A DNA stretch of 64,000 nt from Bdellovibrionota bacterium (GCA_963668355.1 OY764265.1:1600001-1664000), one strand, 5' to 3'; counted from the first letter of the stretch, positions 18,023 through 28,108 are shown. Program-made: numbers and translations. Notes: a model not told the origin generated them from the sequence alone.

Positions 18023-19957
18023 ATGGAGTATTTGCGGGGAAATTGGGGAATTCTGTTTGGATTCGTGTGGATTTTTTTGAGTGGGTCTTCTTTTGCGGAG
18101 CCTTGGGTGGTGGATGAGGCGACGTTTTTTTACAATCAAGATCAGCGAAGAATGTCTTTGGCCAATCCGGGGGATTTTGCGGAAATCTCCACGACGGAAA
18201 CGGGGTTTCGACTTCGGGTTTGGAAACTGGGTTTGGCTGTCGTGCACGGGGAAACCCGCGTATCCATTTTTGGTCGAGGATCTCGCGCTTTTCGAAGCGC
18301 GGTCTCTGCGGGGGGAACGGCCAACTTTGAATACGAGACGGGCATTGAAACCACGAAAGCTCAGATTCCTGTCAACGACTTATGGGATCGCGTGAACCTG
18401 CCGAGGAATCCCTCTTCATCGCTTCAGCTTCAAACGAAAGAGGGAACTTCGGTGCGTGTTCCTTCGGAAGCCGTTCGAAAATACTTGTCGAATCATGCGC
18501 GGGATCATGGCTATCGAGTCGCCACGCAAGATGCATTTGCACAGCTAAAGAGCGATGGAAATCAAACGTATGCAGAGCTTCGAGAGGAGCTATTCAATTT
18601 TTGGGATCAAGTGGATATGGGAAGGTTATTCGAGGGCGTTCAGGATGAATTGGCTCGATATGTTCCGGAGGTTGATCGCGAAGCCTATCTGGCGCGAATT
18701 CGAGATGAATTGGCTCGTTTGGATATGACGTATCGGGATTTGGCGGATGAATACCTGGGACAATGGCGAGAGCGTTTGGAGTCGGTGGATGAGGTGGAGT
18801 TCAACGCAGCCGTGAAAATCGACTATGACATCAAGTTGGGCCCCTCGGATTGGGACATGGACATTGAAAATGAGGAGCTGGGTTTTTTCTTGGCGTTTCG
18901 GGCGTTGGACGATCAAGAAAAAACAGGGGTGTTGGAGTTTCGATCCGGAGTTTCACGTGTTTCGACGGAAGCCTCTTTTTATGTTTTTGAAGTTGTGGCT
19001 CAAGCGGAGGGGCGCGTGGATGTGGAAGCTTCCGCTACGGGCTTGGAAAATGGTGAGGACGTGTGGTCTGATTCCGTTCGCTTTGGAGGAAGCGGAAGTG
19101 TGGAAATTCCGTTAGATTTGAGTTCTCATCCGCTCTTTCTTTCTTCCCCCAAACGGGAGTACACGTTGGTGCATGTGGGGATGGGGTATTTCTTGAAGGA
19201 TACCACCCAATTTGAAATTGAGTTTGCGTATCGAGCCAATGGTCATCGAAGACATCAACTGGAACGGGCCAAATTGTTTTTTTCTCAGCAAGTCGCACCG
19301 TGGATGGCGTTTCATATGGGCGGAAGTTATCGACAAATTGCTTCACAAACCCATTTTTCGAATCAAAATGTTCCCGGTGATTTATTGAAGCAGAGTGAAG
19401 TGGATAATTTGAACCGCGATTTGGAGGAATACAGAGACTATATTGGAGACGTGAGTCTTACCTTCGGTATTGCTCTGGGCAAGAATTTATCTCTGGATGT
19501 GGCCGATTTACGTGTTCTGGGCCCAAATGTTTGGGCCAAGACCGGAGTGACGACGCAAGCTCTGGGATTGGAGTGCCGAGCGCATTGGGAACAATATCGA
19601 TTTCTTTTGGGGGGAAATACTAATGGCTTTTCTCCGGAGGACTTGTTTAGGCAAGCCGGAATCGATCCGGAGATCTTTGGGGACGAAGTGGTGATGGACG
19701 GTCGATATGTTGTGGACAGCGATCAGATCATCGACAATCGCTATTTGTTTGGTGTGGGGTTGAATCGTGAAAAATGGGCCGTGCGCCCGGCCATTGAAGT
19801 GGGCAAAGGACGCCTACGAGGGCTACAACTCGAATCCGCTTTGAAAAAGATTACGTTGAGTCGGGATCGATGTGTGGATGTAAATTTTGGGATTCGATTT
19901 GATTTGGACCAAGATGATGTAGGCGCCTTTCGAATCTCTGTCGGAACGGCCAGGTAG
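18023..19957 (+). CDS. Exported hypothetical protein, possibly outer membrane (beta-rich C-terminal half)
   Basis: 644-aa ORF with signal peptide 'SSFA|E', helical middle and alternating-pattern C-terminus. Confidence 0.6.
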   Translation: MEYLRGNWGILFGFVWIFLSGSSFAEPWVVDEATFFYNQDQRRMSLANPGDFAEISTTETGFRLRVWKLGLAVVHGETRVSIFGRGSRAFRSAVSAGGTANFEYETGIETTKAQIPVNDLWDRVNLPRNPSSSLQLQTKEGTSVRVPSEAVRKYLSNHARDHGYRVATQDAFAQLKSDGNQTYAELREELFNFWDQVDMGRLFEGVQDELARYVPEVDREAYLARIRDELARLDMTYRDLADEYLGQWRERLESVDEVEFNAAVKIDYDIKLGPSDWDMDIENEELGFFLAFRALDDQEKTGVLEFRSGVSRVSTEASFYVFEVVAQAEGRVDVEASATGLENGEDVWSDSVRFGGSGSVEIPLDLSSHPLFLSSPKREYTLVHVGMGYFLKDTTQFEIEFAYRANGHRRHQLERAKLFFSQQVAPWMAFHMGGSYRQIASQTHFSNQNVPGDLLKQSEVDNLNRDLEEYRDYIGDVSLTFGIALGKNLSLDVADLRVLGPNVWAKTGVTTQALGLECRAHWEQYRFLLGGNTNGFSPEDLFRQAGIDPEIFGDEVVMDGRYVVDSDQIIDNRYLFGVGLNREKWAVRPAIEVGKGRLRGLQLESALKKITLSRDRCVDVNFGIRFDLDQDDVGAFRISVGTAR

Positions 19958-20011
19958 GCCTAGATCAGGCTCATTGGAAGGCATGACAGATGCCTTCGAA
20001 AACCGTAGCAT

Positions 20012-21076
20012 ATGAACTCGGGAACTACTGAGTTCATGGAAGATATTCAGTTACTAGAACAGCTTCGCAAACGCATTGAAGGGCTAAACGTTTTCAGCGA
20101 AATCGGAAAAGCCGTTACTTCGACGTTGGATATTAATGAAGTTTTGAAAACGGTGCTGGGACATGTTTCGGACCTTTTGTCTCCCACAAGTTGGTCTCTT
20201 TTGTATGTGGATGAATCCGGAAAGAATCTTCGTTATGAAATCATGATTAACGAGCCATTCCAGGATGGGGGGCGTCTCATTCCTCTTGGGGAAGGAATTC
20301 CGGGTTGGGTCGCGGAGAGAAGCAAACCCATCTTGTGGGAGAAAAATGCCTTGGATCGGAGTCGAGAGCTTCCGAAAGGAATTTGTCCTCCGGATCGAGC
20401 CAAGTCCGTGCTTTGTGTTCCGCTTCATGCGGGAGGGCAGCTCATAGGTGTGTTGGATATCCGGAGATCCGGAAAGGATGTCGAACCTTTTCAAAAAGAA
20501 GATCTCACACTTCTTTCGGCCATCGCAGACTATGCCGCCATTGCCATCGAGAATGCTCGGAACTATCAACGTGTGGAAGATCTCACCATAACGGATGATC
20601 TTTCGGGTTTATTCAATATTCGTCATCTGCATCTGGTTTTAGAAGCGGAAGTGGTGCGTTCCAAACGTCATCGGAATGAGTTCTCGTTGATTTTCTTAGA
20701 CTTGGATCACTTCAAGCAGGTGAATGATCGATTTGGACATATCAATGGTTCTCAAATGATTCACGAAGTGGGGAAGTTGATTTTGGACAATATTCGAATG
20801 GTGGACTACGGGTTTCGATATGGCGGAGACGAATTTTGCGTCATGCTTCCTGAAACGCCGAAGGCCAATGCCGTCTTTGTTGCGGAGCGACTTCGGAAGG
20901 TCATCGAAGAAACGGTCTTCCTCCAAGAGGAAGAGGTGAACGCCCGGTTGACCGCGAGCATTGGCTTGGCTGCTTTTCCGAGGGACGCGTCCACAAAGGA
21001 TGATTTAATCAAACGGGCCGATGAGGCCATGTACGAAGCCAAGAACACAACACGCAACGCCGTTTGCCTCGCTTAG
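20012..21076 (+). CDS. GAF-GGDEF diguanylate cyclase
   Basis: GAF ('LLSAIADYAAIAIENAR'), 'DLDHFKQVNDRFGH', intact GGDEF with RxxD I-site (RMVD). Confidence 0.95.
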   Translation: MNSGTTEFMEDIQLLEQLRKRIEGLNVFSEIGKAVTSTLDINEVLKTVLGHVSDLLSPTSWSLLYVDESGKNLRYEIMINEPFQDGGRLIPLGEGIPGWVAERSKPILWEKNALDRSRELPKGICPPDRAKSVLCVPLHAGGQLIGVLDIRRSGKDVEPFQKEDLTLLSAIADYAAIAIENARNYQRVEDLTITDDLSGLFNIRHLHLVLEAEVVRSKRHRNEFSLIFLDLDHFKQVNDRFGHINGSQMIHEVGKLILDNIRMVDYGFRYGGDEFCVMLPETPKANAVFVAERLRKVIEETVFLQEEEVNARLTASIGLAAFPRDASTKDDLIKRADEAMYEAKNTTRNAVCLA

Positions 21077-21129
21077 AATTTACCTGTGGATAAGTCCCTA
21101 AAATGAACAGTTCATTTTAGGGACGGGGG

Positions 21130-23082
21130 TTAGTAGAGGTTTCGTTCGCGGATTTTCCGATAGGCTTCGATGATCTCGACGGCAGCGAACCTCGGAAAGC
21201 TGGGGGGCGGATTGACCAAGAGTTCTGGGTTGAAAATATATTGCTTGCGTAGAAATCCCGATCGATACGAACCTGGGTAAACATAGCCTTGTGTATAGCT
21301 GTAGTCTTTGGTGATGGTCGTTCCGGTAACCCATAGCGTATCGGCCAATTGTCGTGGGACTTCTCGGCCAAATTCACAACCTCCGCCCGGAGGTGCCCAA
21401 GGGGTGTCTCCGAAAGGAGCGTGGTTGGGGCCTTCCGTTGGAGCCGTGCAATATTGTGGGGTCAAACCTGCGGCATAGGAAGTCGGAACATCTAGCGAGT
21501 TGCAATTATAGAGATCGTCGCAAGCGGGATCATGTACGTTCCCGGAGTCATCCGGCACGACAACACCATAGTCGTACGCAGGGTCTACGTTGTTTAGGTT
21601 TTGAATGTCCAACATTCCCGTATCTGAGGTTTCTCCGATGGCGATCATGGCCGCCTCAATATCCAATACGGAGACAAAATTTTCACGTCCATTAACCCAA
21701 TTGGGGTCGTCGGGCATCCATTCGCTGCATCCGTTTTCAGTACCGCAGTCTCCGTCGGTCCAATGTTTGGTATAGGTCGTTTTGTAATCGTTGTTTCCAT
21801 AGTCCCGGTCTCGAATGCCGAAATTGGATTCTGTGATGACAAAGTTTGTGGCGGTTGCCATTTCATCCGCGGTGGCACTGGCTGGTTGACTTAAGGCATC
21901 CGGTCGAAGGTCCCACCAGGTGCCGCCTCGGTTTCGGCGGTCTCCATCTTGTCTCCGGTCGGCTTCGTTTCCGCTTAGGTTCGCCGTGGGAATGCTTGCA
22001 GGAATGATGATGTTTTCTTTTGCAATCAGTCCGGCGGTGTATCGTGCATTGGCTTGATCTGTGGCCAAAAAGTCTCCTCGGAGTTCAATGTTCTTGGCGG
22101 CAATGGTGACGCCTCCTCGATAGAAACCTTTTACGCCCACTGTGGCATCGGGGGCATAGTAGACCAAACCATCTCCAATCAAATGGGGCCCGCTGATTTG
22201 TGCTCCATATCGGGTGTTGACGGACAGCGGGTCATCGCAATTGTATTTGTAGTAATACTCATGGTGAAAGAGGAGACAGACCGAGTCCGTGGAATTGTCG
22301 GTAACCGTCGGTGCGACTTGAGAGAAGATGCTGGAAATGTCTCCAAATTCCAGCTCGTATCCGGTCTCCAACACGCGTTCGAACACCATATGGGCAAAGA
22401 TGGTTCTTCGAAAGAGATCCTCCCCCTCACTCACGGACTGAGCAAACGTCACAGGACCTTTGAAGTGGTGGTGTCCGCTTTGGAAATACGGTTTGACACG
22501 ATCCCCATCCTCGTCTTCAAAAGGACCGAAGTGAACATGGCCATCGTATGTCCCCGGCTGAAATCGAAATTCATCTCTGGGTCTGGGATTTAAAATTCCC
22601 AAGGTGATGTTCGCAAAACTTGTCCGTTGAACATTGTAAAGGGCTTCCATTTGAAGCGTGTTGCCGGTTTGCTTATTTTCCACCTCAATGATGGCTTTTA
22701 CCTGCTTTGTGCCATCACTTAGGTTGTCAATATTGCATACCGTATTTTCTGCAGATTCGTTGATGAACTCATACCAATACTGCACATGAAAATCATTGTT
22801 CGGAACGGTAAAAGGTGAGTCAACAACGGGCGGGTTTCGATCATAGGAGGCCGTTCCACAATCCCCTCTTTCGGATCGAACCACCAACTCCTTCTTGGCT
22901 AAATTCAATCCAGAATCTGCTACGTTTTCAATGGTGGCTCGCTTTCGGAACAGCGTGCTTAGAGAGATGGATTTCTTCATCGAGCTGCTCAATAAAGAAA
23001 CGCCCAATCCCAGAACCACGAGCAAAATTAAAACGGTGACCAATGCCTGTCCGGATGAAGTGAACTTCTTGAGTGTGCGCAT
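21130..23082 (-). CDS. PilX/GspK-like minor pilin with large C-terminal domain
   Basis: ATG 23082 after AGGAGGAGG, TGATG-coupled to the upstream gene; class III signal 'SSG|QALVTVLILLVVLGLG' without E5. Confidence 0.75.
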   Translation of the reverse strand: MRTLKKFTSSGQALVTVLILLVVLGLGVSLLSSSMKKSISLSTLFRKRATIENVADSGLNLAKKELVVRSERGDCGTASYDRNPPVVDSPFTVPNNDFHVQYWYEFINESAENTVCNIDNLSDGTKQVKAIIEVENKQTGNTLQMEALYNVQRTSFANITLGILNPRPRDEFRFQPGTYDGHVHFGPFEDEDGDRVKPYFQSGHHHFKGPVTFAQSVSEGEDLFRRTIFAHMVFERVLETGYELEFGDISSIFSQVAPTVTDNSTDSVCLLFHHEYYYKYNCDDPLSVNTRYGAQISGPHLIGDGLVYYAPDATVGVKGFYRGGVTIAAKNIELRGDFLATDQANARYTAGLIAKENIIIPASIPTANLSGNEADRRQDGDRRNRGGTWWDLRPDALSQPASATADEMATATNFVITESNFGIRDRDYGNNDYKTTYTKHWTDGDCGTENGCSEWMPDDPNWVNGRENFVSVLDIEAAMIAIGETSDTGMLDIQNLNNVDPAYDYGVVVPDDSGNVHDPACDDLYNCNSLDVPTSYAAGLTPQYCTAPTEGPNHAPFGDTPWAPPGGGCEFGREVPRQLADTLWVTGTTITKDYSYTQGYVYPGSYRSGFLRKQYIFNPELLVNPPPSFPRFAAVEIIEAYRKIRERNLY

Positions 23083-24497
23083 CAGTATCCTCCTCCTGGG
23101 GGAGATGTTGGAAGTGGAGTAGGCGTGGGCGTCGGTGGCTCGTACGTGCATCCCGGTGTCTTCGGAAGGCAGATGCCACAAATTTGCCCCGGAGGACATG
23201 GAGGACGCGTTGGGGTTGCCGTTGGGGCCAGGGGCGTTGGTGTTGCTGTGTAAATTTCAAAAGGATCATATCCGAAGTTTTCGGCGCTTGCGGCACCCAA
23301 AGGCCGTCTTAGGTTGGCAGGGCTCAACTTTTGTGTGAGGGAAACTTCTTTATTGGCTTCTCCCGTTTCCGTGGTTTCAGACATCTTTGGTGCCAAGGCA
23401 TCCACCTCCGCAGTGACGCTTCGGAAATAGGGGTATCCGATTTGATTTAAGCATGTGACGGTTTCCGTGGCTTCGTCAATACTGTCCATCGAAGGGAGGA
23501 AGGCTTTGACGGTTCTGGATTGTTTGATTTTTCTTTCGTCGTTTCGATCTTCGTAGCTGTACTCGAACGTGAAATGTTCAACATTTCTGGCCACGCCTTC
23601 CCAATATGCGACTCGTTGTCCGGAACCTCCGAAAGTCTGGGCCACGACATTAAAGTTGTCATCAAAACGGTGAAGATCTTGGTAGATCATTTTTGTTTCT
23701 GGATCATGGGCATACGTGATGACATGAGCCTTGTGAATGAACCCCGTGGAGTGGTCAAAGTTGTTGGTTAACGTGTTGTTCCACATGGAAACGTCGGGAT
23801 CAAACGTGATCACATTACTGGATTTATTTGTGACCCGGAGGAGTTCTCGTTTCGTGGAATCCGCCAACACAATGTAATCTCCCACATTGATTTTCTGGAG
23901 TTCTGTTTCTTGTCCCGTTTCTACGGTTAGAGAGATGCTGCCCGCTGCAACATCGGAATCTAGAAAAACTGGCAAAGTGTCCTGAGCCAAAAAAGACACG
24001 CGAAGGGCATCACTTTCAGGGGCATCTTCGGCCAGGGGGATGGAAGGATCGACATAGGTCAAGTGATCGCCCGTGTCGATGTCCGCTTTTCGTTTTCCTG
24101 GGAGGGGAACTAAGCCATGGGCAATGATGGGGTAGGATTCTCCGGGAGGTACGAACCGAACATGGTATCTGTCAAAATCCCCGTGAGCATCACACCCGTC
24201 CAATGTTTGGGGAAAGCTTCCAAGCATTGTTGAGGCGGCTCGGGGAAACGTAATGGCATTGCCGACTTGAATGCGCAATCGTTGAATGAATTGGTTGGTT
24301 TCGGAGTGAACTTTAGCATTTCGAATGGCCCGTACACTTCGATTTTGTGTTTTTACGGCAAAATTAAATCCCGCAATGATGACCAAGGCGACCAAGCCCA
24401 AGGCCACAACCATTTCAACCATGGATAAGCCTAGGTGATTTATGTTTCTATTCTCAGACGAGTAGGAACCTTTTTTGATTCGGCGGTTAAACATCAT
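23082..24497 (-). CDS. PilW-like minor pilin with Pro/Thr/Cys-rich tail
   Basis: Prepilin motif 'G|LSMVEMVVALGLVALVII' with E5. Confidence 0.8.
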   Translation of the reverse strand: MMFNRRIKKGSYSSENRNINHLGLSMVEMVVALGLVALVIIAGFNFAVKTQNRSVRAIRNAKVHSETNQFIQRLRIQVGNAITFPRAASTMLGSFPQTLDGCDAHGDFDRYHVRFVPPGESYPIIAHGLVPLPGKRKADIDTGDHLTYVDPSIPLAEDAPESDALRVSFLAQDTLPVFLDSDVAAGSISLTVETGQETELQKINVGDYIVLADSTKRELLRVTNKSSNVITFDPDVSMWNNTLTNNFDHSTGFIHKAHVITYAHDPETKMIYQDLHRFDDNFNVVAQTFGGSGQRVAYWEGVARNVEHFTFEYSYEDRNDERKIKQSRTVKAFLPSMDSIDEATETVTCLNQIGYPYFRSVTAEVDALAPKMSETTETGEANKEVSLTQKLSPANLRRPLGAASAENFGYDPFEIYTATPTPLAPTATPTRPPCPPGQICGICLPKTPGCTYEPPTPTPTPLPTSPPGGGY

Positions 24498-24530
24498 AAT
24501 ACGTGCGAGTCTCCCGGGATTAGCTGTTGA

Positions 24531-24547
24531 AGCAACATTTGTTCCAA
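24531..24547 (-). promoter_or_regulatory. Sigma-54 promoter
   Basis: Minus strand TTGGAACAAATGTTGCT (GG-N10-GC); IHF-like TTCAATAGGTTG at 24596-24607. Confidence 0.65.
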
Positions 24548-24740
24548 GTCCAATTCGTTTTCTTGACGTTAAAAAAATATCATAAGCTTCGTTTTTTCAA
24601 TAGGTTGTTCGACAATCTTTATGGGAGGTGAGAGGAATCGCTGAAAGCGAACACGTTGTGTGTAAACTTTGATTCCCCTAAAAGGGGAACTTGGGTTTAC
24701 ATGTGCTTTTCTTTGTTTTCATGTAAAAGCCGAATCAAGA

Positions 24741-25583
24741 ATGAATCGAACGATCGCATTGGGCTTGCTTTTATTGACCGCACTTTTGTGGAGTTTGGGC
24801 GGGTTGTTGATTAAGTCGATCGAGTGGCATCCACTGGCCATAGCCGGGGCGCGAAGTGGTTTGGCTGCGGTCACCATTTTTTTCATTTTTCGGAAATTCC
24901 ATTTTTCGTGGTCTGTGGCTCAAATCGGAGGAGCTTTAGCGTATGCGGCTACAGTGATTTTATTTGTCTTGGCGACGAAAATGACCACCGCTGCCAATGC
25001 CATTCTTCTTCAGTACACGGCACCGATTTACGTAGGATTATTTGGAGCGTGGTTTTTGGGAGAACGGACCACAAAATTCGATTGGCTCATCATTGTGTTG
25101 GCCCTTTCAGGCATGAGTCTCTTTTTTTTGGATCGCCTTTCTTTGTCGGGACTTTGGGGAAATATCATTGCCTTGATCAGTGGGGTCAGTTTTGCATGGC
25201 TGGCGTTGTTTCTTCGCAAGGATGGCGGAAGGTCTTCGGTGGAAGCGATTGTCTTGGGAAATGCCTTGGCGTTTCTCATTGGACTTCCCTTTTTTTTCAA
25301 GCAGGCAATTTCTGCTTCTAGTTTGCCTCCGCTCATTGCCTTGGGGGTCATTCAGTTGGGGGTTTCTTATGCACTATATGCGTTGGCCATTCGCTATGTA
25401 ACTGCGGTCGAGGCCATTCTGGTCCCTTTCATTGAACCCATCATGAATCCCATTTGGGTATTGATTGTGGTCGGAGAAAAGCCTGGAACCTTTTCAGTCC
25501 TTGGGGGAGCGATCATTCTTTTGGCGGTCGCGTCCCGAGGTTTGAAACCTCTTATTCGAAGAGGCCGGTTTGGATTTCATTAA
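24741..25583 (+). CDS. DMT/EamA family transporter
   Basis: About 10 TM segments in two EamA repeats; 'ANAILLQYTAPIYV', 'IEPIMNPIWV'. Confidence 0.9.
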   Translation: MNRTIALGLLLLTALLWSLGGLLIKSIEWHPLAIAGARSGLAAVTIFFIFRKFHFSWSVAQIGGALAYAATVILFVLATKMTTAANAILLQYTAPIYVGLFGAWFLGERTTKFDWLIIVLALSGMSLFFLDRLSLSGLWGNIIALISGVSFAWLALFLRKDGGRSSVEAIVLGNALAFLIGLPFFFKQAISASSLPPLIALGVIQLGVSYALYALAIRYVTAVEAILVPFIEPIMNPIWVLIVVGEKPGTFSVLGGAIILLAVASRGLKPLIRRGRFGFH

Positions 25584-26418
25584 AGTGGTATAAAAATTCA
25601 ACACCATAAGAATGGGCCCCCCCTTGGACGTCTCTCACACGGAGAACATGGATTTGGCCTCCTGGTCCCATGTTGTTGTTTGCATTTGCGTAGCTTATGG
25701 CAACGGGACCTAGCCATTTATGAATATTGGTCAAACGTGTGGGTTGGCTATAGTCAATATTTTCAATTCCTAGGCGAAAAGGGGCAAAGGCAGGAAGGTC
25801 CCAATCCACAACCTCTTCATCCACACCGTCACGGATGATGCTGACCCGGGCCTTATCTGTATTGCAGTCACCGTGGAGATTGGGGAATCCCCCGACATCT
25901 CCCAGTCCCGTACCGAAGGATTTTAAGGTCAAAATCCCAGCTTGAAGAATGAGGGCATCCTTATGGTCCGCACACCACTTGACGCGAATTCTCACAGTTT
26001 GGTCAAAAGACCTTTCGGTAAGGCACTCATTTATACTATCGTCTGTGACTTGATTTTCATCGTCATCATATTCAGCTAGAGTTACCCACTCACCTTCGGT
26101 TTTGCATTCTTCGTCCACTTCGTCATTGGGGTTGTTTCGGCAGCCAATGTCAGGATTGAGGGAGTTGGGATCATCCGTGTCATAACATCCGTCCCCATCA
26201 TCGTCTGCATCTGCATCGTTGAGAATTCCGTCTCCGTCAATATCGTTGTCGTCGCAGTTGTTGATTCCATCACCATCCGTATCCAAAAGGCAGGAACCGT
26301 CGGTTTCTAAATCTTGGTTGGAATCGGTTGAGCCCGGACTCACGGCTTGTTGCGCGCAGCCGAACATGAAAAGCAAGAGAACGAATAGGGGGAATAATTT
26401 TTGGGTCGTTTTGGCCAT
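25552..26418 (-). CDS. Lipoprotein with thrombospondin type-3-like Ca-binding repeats
   Basis: Lipobox 'MFGC'; DTDGDG/DIDGDG/DDDGDG repeats. Confidence 0.75.
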   Translation of the reverse strand: MAKTTQKLFPLFVLLLFMFGCAQQAVSPGSTDSNQDLETDGSCLLDTDGDGINNCDDNDIDGDGILNDADADDDGDGCYDTDDPNSLNPDIGCRNNPNDEVDEECKTEGEWVTLAEYDDDENQVTDDSINECLTERSFDQTVRIRVKWCADHKDALILQAGILTLKSFGTGLGDVGGFPNLHGDCNTDKARVSIIRDGVDEEVVDWDLPAFAPFRLGIENIDYSQPTRLTNIHKWLGPVAISYANANNNMGPGGQIHVLRVRDVQGGAHSYGVEFLYHFNEIQTGLFE

Positions 26419-26433
26419 CTCACCGAAAAGATC

Positions 26434-26450
26434 CGCAACCTCTATGCCAA
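26434..26450 (-). promoter_or_regulatory. Sigma-54 promoter
   Basis: Minus strand TTGGCATAGAGGTTGCG; IHF-like TTCAGGAGTTTA at 26464-26475. Confidence 0.65.
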
Positions 26451-26594
26451 GAAGGGACTCAGTTAAACTCCTGAAAACAATGAAGAAAGATGAAGGTCGG
26501 CGTGTGAAAGGCGGTGAAAAATCGGCAATTGCCGAAAAATGGGCGAGGCCTTGCTTCTTGCAAGTCGCTTGGGGCCAACTAAGCTAAGAGATCC

Positions 26595-27683
26595 ATGGAA
26601 AAAGTAGGTTTAGTTGTTGTTGGGGCTGGGGTCATCGGCTCGGCCATTGCGGCTGAATTGAGCGCGGGGAAAGAGGATGTGTTGGTGTTGGAGGCTGCTT
26701 CGAAACCCGGAGATGAAACGACGGGAAGAAATAGCGGCGTCATTCATGCGGGTTTGTATTACTCCCCGAATTCGTTGAAGGCGACAACCTGTATTCGAGG
26801 CAACGCTCTTTTGTACGATTGGTGCATCAAGCACCGTGTCGCGCACAACAAATGTGGAAAATTGATTGTTGCAAAGAATGAGAAACAGGAAGAAGTGCTG
26901 AGTCGTCTGTTTTCGAATGCCAAAAACGCTCAAGCGAAGGGAGTGTCTTGGCTGGATCAGAAAGCGCTTTCTACTCGATTTCCAGAAGTTCCAGGAAGGG
27001 CGGCTTTGTGGAGTTCGGAAACCGGAATTGTCGATCCCATCGAGTTGACGAATTCTCTGATTGCCAAAGCTCAACGTTCTGGAGCGGTTTTGGTTACGGA
27101 TGCTCGCGTATCTGGAATTGCTAAAAAAGAGGGTGGTTTCCTTTTAACCACTTCACGAGGAGAGGTTTGGGCAGAAAGGGTTGTGAATTGTGCCGGACTT
27201 TTTGCAGATGACCTGGCCCGCATGGTTGGCACGAAGGATTATCAAATATTTCCTTGTCGCGGCGACTATTTTGTTTGGAATACAAAAAGAAAATTTCCAT
27301 TCCTCATTTACCCTGTGAAAGATCCTGAGTCTTCTCACTTGGGCATTCATGTGACGTTCGACTCTTCGGGGAGAGTTCGATTGGGGCCGAATGCCACGTA
27401 TGTGAACTATAAAACGTACGATCAACCTTCTTCGAAACATTTAAAGGAAGAATTTTTACGCGCTGGACGAGCGTTGTTTGGAGACATGAATTCTTCTGAA
27501 CTTTCCTATGACGGTTATGGGCTTCGACCAAAATTGAGAGGACCCGAGGAGAAGGAAGATCGAGATTTTGTCATTTCCGAAGATATTCCCGGATTTGTAA
27601 ATCTAATTGGAATCGATTCCCCAGGCCTCACCGCCTGCCTGTCCATCGCAGAAGAAGTGTCCAGAATATTGAGATCACGTTGA
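26595..27683 (+). CDS. FAD-dependent oxidoreductase, L-2-hydroxyglutarate oxidase (LhgO)-like family
   Basis: GAGVIG, 'TTGRNSGVIHAGLYY', 'LGIHVT', 'GIDSPGLTA'. Confidence 0.85.
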   Translation: MEKVGLVVVGAGVIGSAIAAELSAGKEDVLVLEAASKPGDETTGRNSGVIHAGLYYSPNSLKATTCIRGNALLYDWCIKHRVAHNKCGKLIVAKNEKQEEVLSRLFSNAKNAQAKGVSWLDQKALSTRFPEVPGRAALWSSETGIVDPIELTNSLIAKAQRSGAVLVTDARVSGIAKKEGGFLLTTSRGEVWAERVVNCAGLFADDLARMVGTKDYQIFPCRGDYFVWNTKRKFPFLIYPVKDPESSHLGIHVTFDSSGRVRLGPNATYVNYKTYDQPSSKHLKEEFLRAGRALFGDMNSSELSYDGYGLRPKLRGPEEKEDRDFVISEDIPGFVNLIGIDSPGLTACLSIAEEVSRILRSR

Positions 27684-27722
27684 GACTCCGAAATCGTTCA
27701 TAAGAACAGCTAGGTTTGAGGG

Positions 27723-27921
27723 AAGCAAATCTGAGGAAGAGTCTCTCCGCTTCGGGTTACGTTCGCTCCAAAGACTACGATCACTGCAGGCGGGGCCCCT
27801 CGTTGTCCGCCCAGCGTCAAGCATAGCTTGCCGCAGGTCGTCTCCGTTTCCCCTACCTTCCGTTCACGAGGTCTTTGGGCTCTCTTCACAGGCGCGCAGA
27901 GACTCTTCCTCAGATTCGCTT
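27723..27921. repeat. 199-bp element with 24-bp terminal inverted repeats (structured RNA or MITE/REP-like)
   Basis: 27723-27746 pairs with 27898-27921 (1 mismatch); inner stem 27768-27775 with 27871-27878. Confidence 0.7.
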
Positions 27922-28034
27922 TTAGTCATGAGTAATTCTTTTATCTCGCTCCCCTCGCTTGAAATCATTCGTTTGAATGAACAGATAAATTTTCCATGAG
28001 AGATGTTCTAAAAATCACCTTGGAAATGTTGAAA

Positions 28035-28108
28035 GGGTGGCCGACAGGGAAAGGGGCTCCGAGCACTGTCGGGGCGCAGCGAGCCCCTTTCCCTGTCGGT
28101 CAGGACCC
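28035..28108. repeat. GC-rich hairpin with 19-bp perfect stem (REP-like)
   Basis: ccgacagggaaaggggctc (28041-28059) is the reverse complement of 28081-28099; no U-tract. Confidence 0.75.

Noticed and set aside
27723..28108. CRISPR array, tRNA or RNase P RNA (GAGGAAGAGTC resembles GAGGAAAGUCC)
   Set aside because: The repeats are inverted, not spaced direct repeats; no cloverleaf is evident; the motif lies in a long terminal stem and the other RNase P conserved regions were not found.
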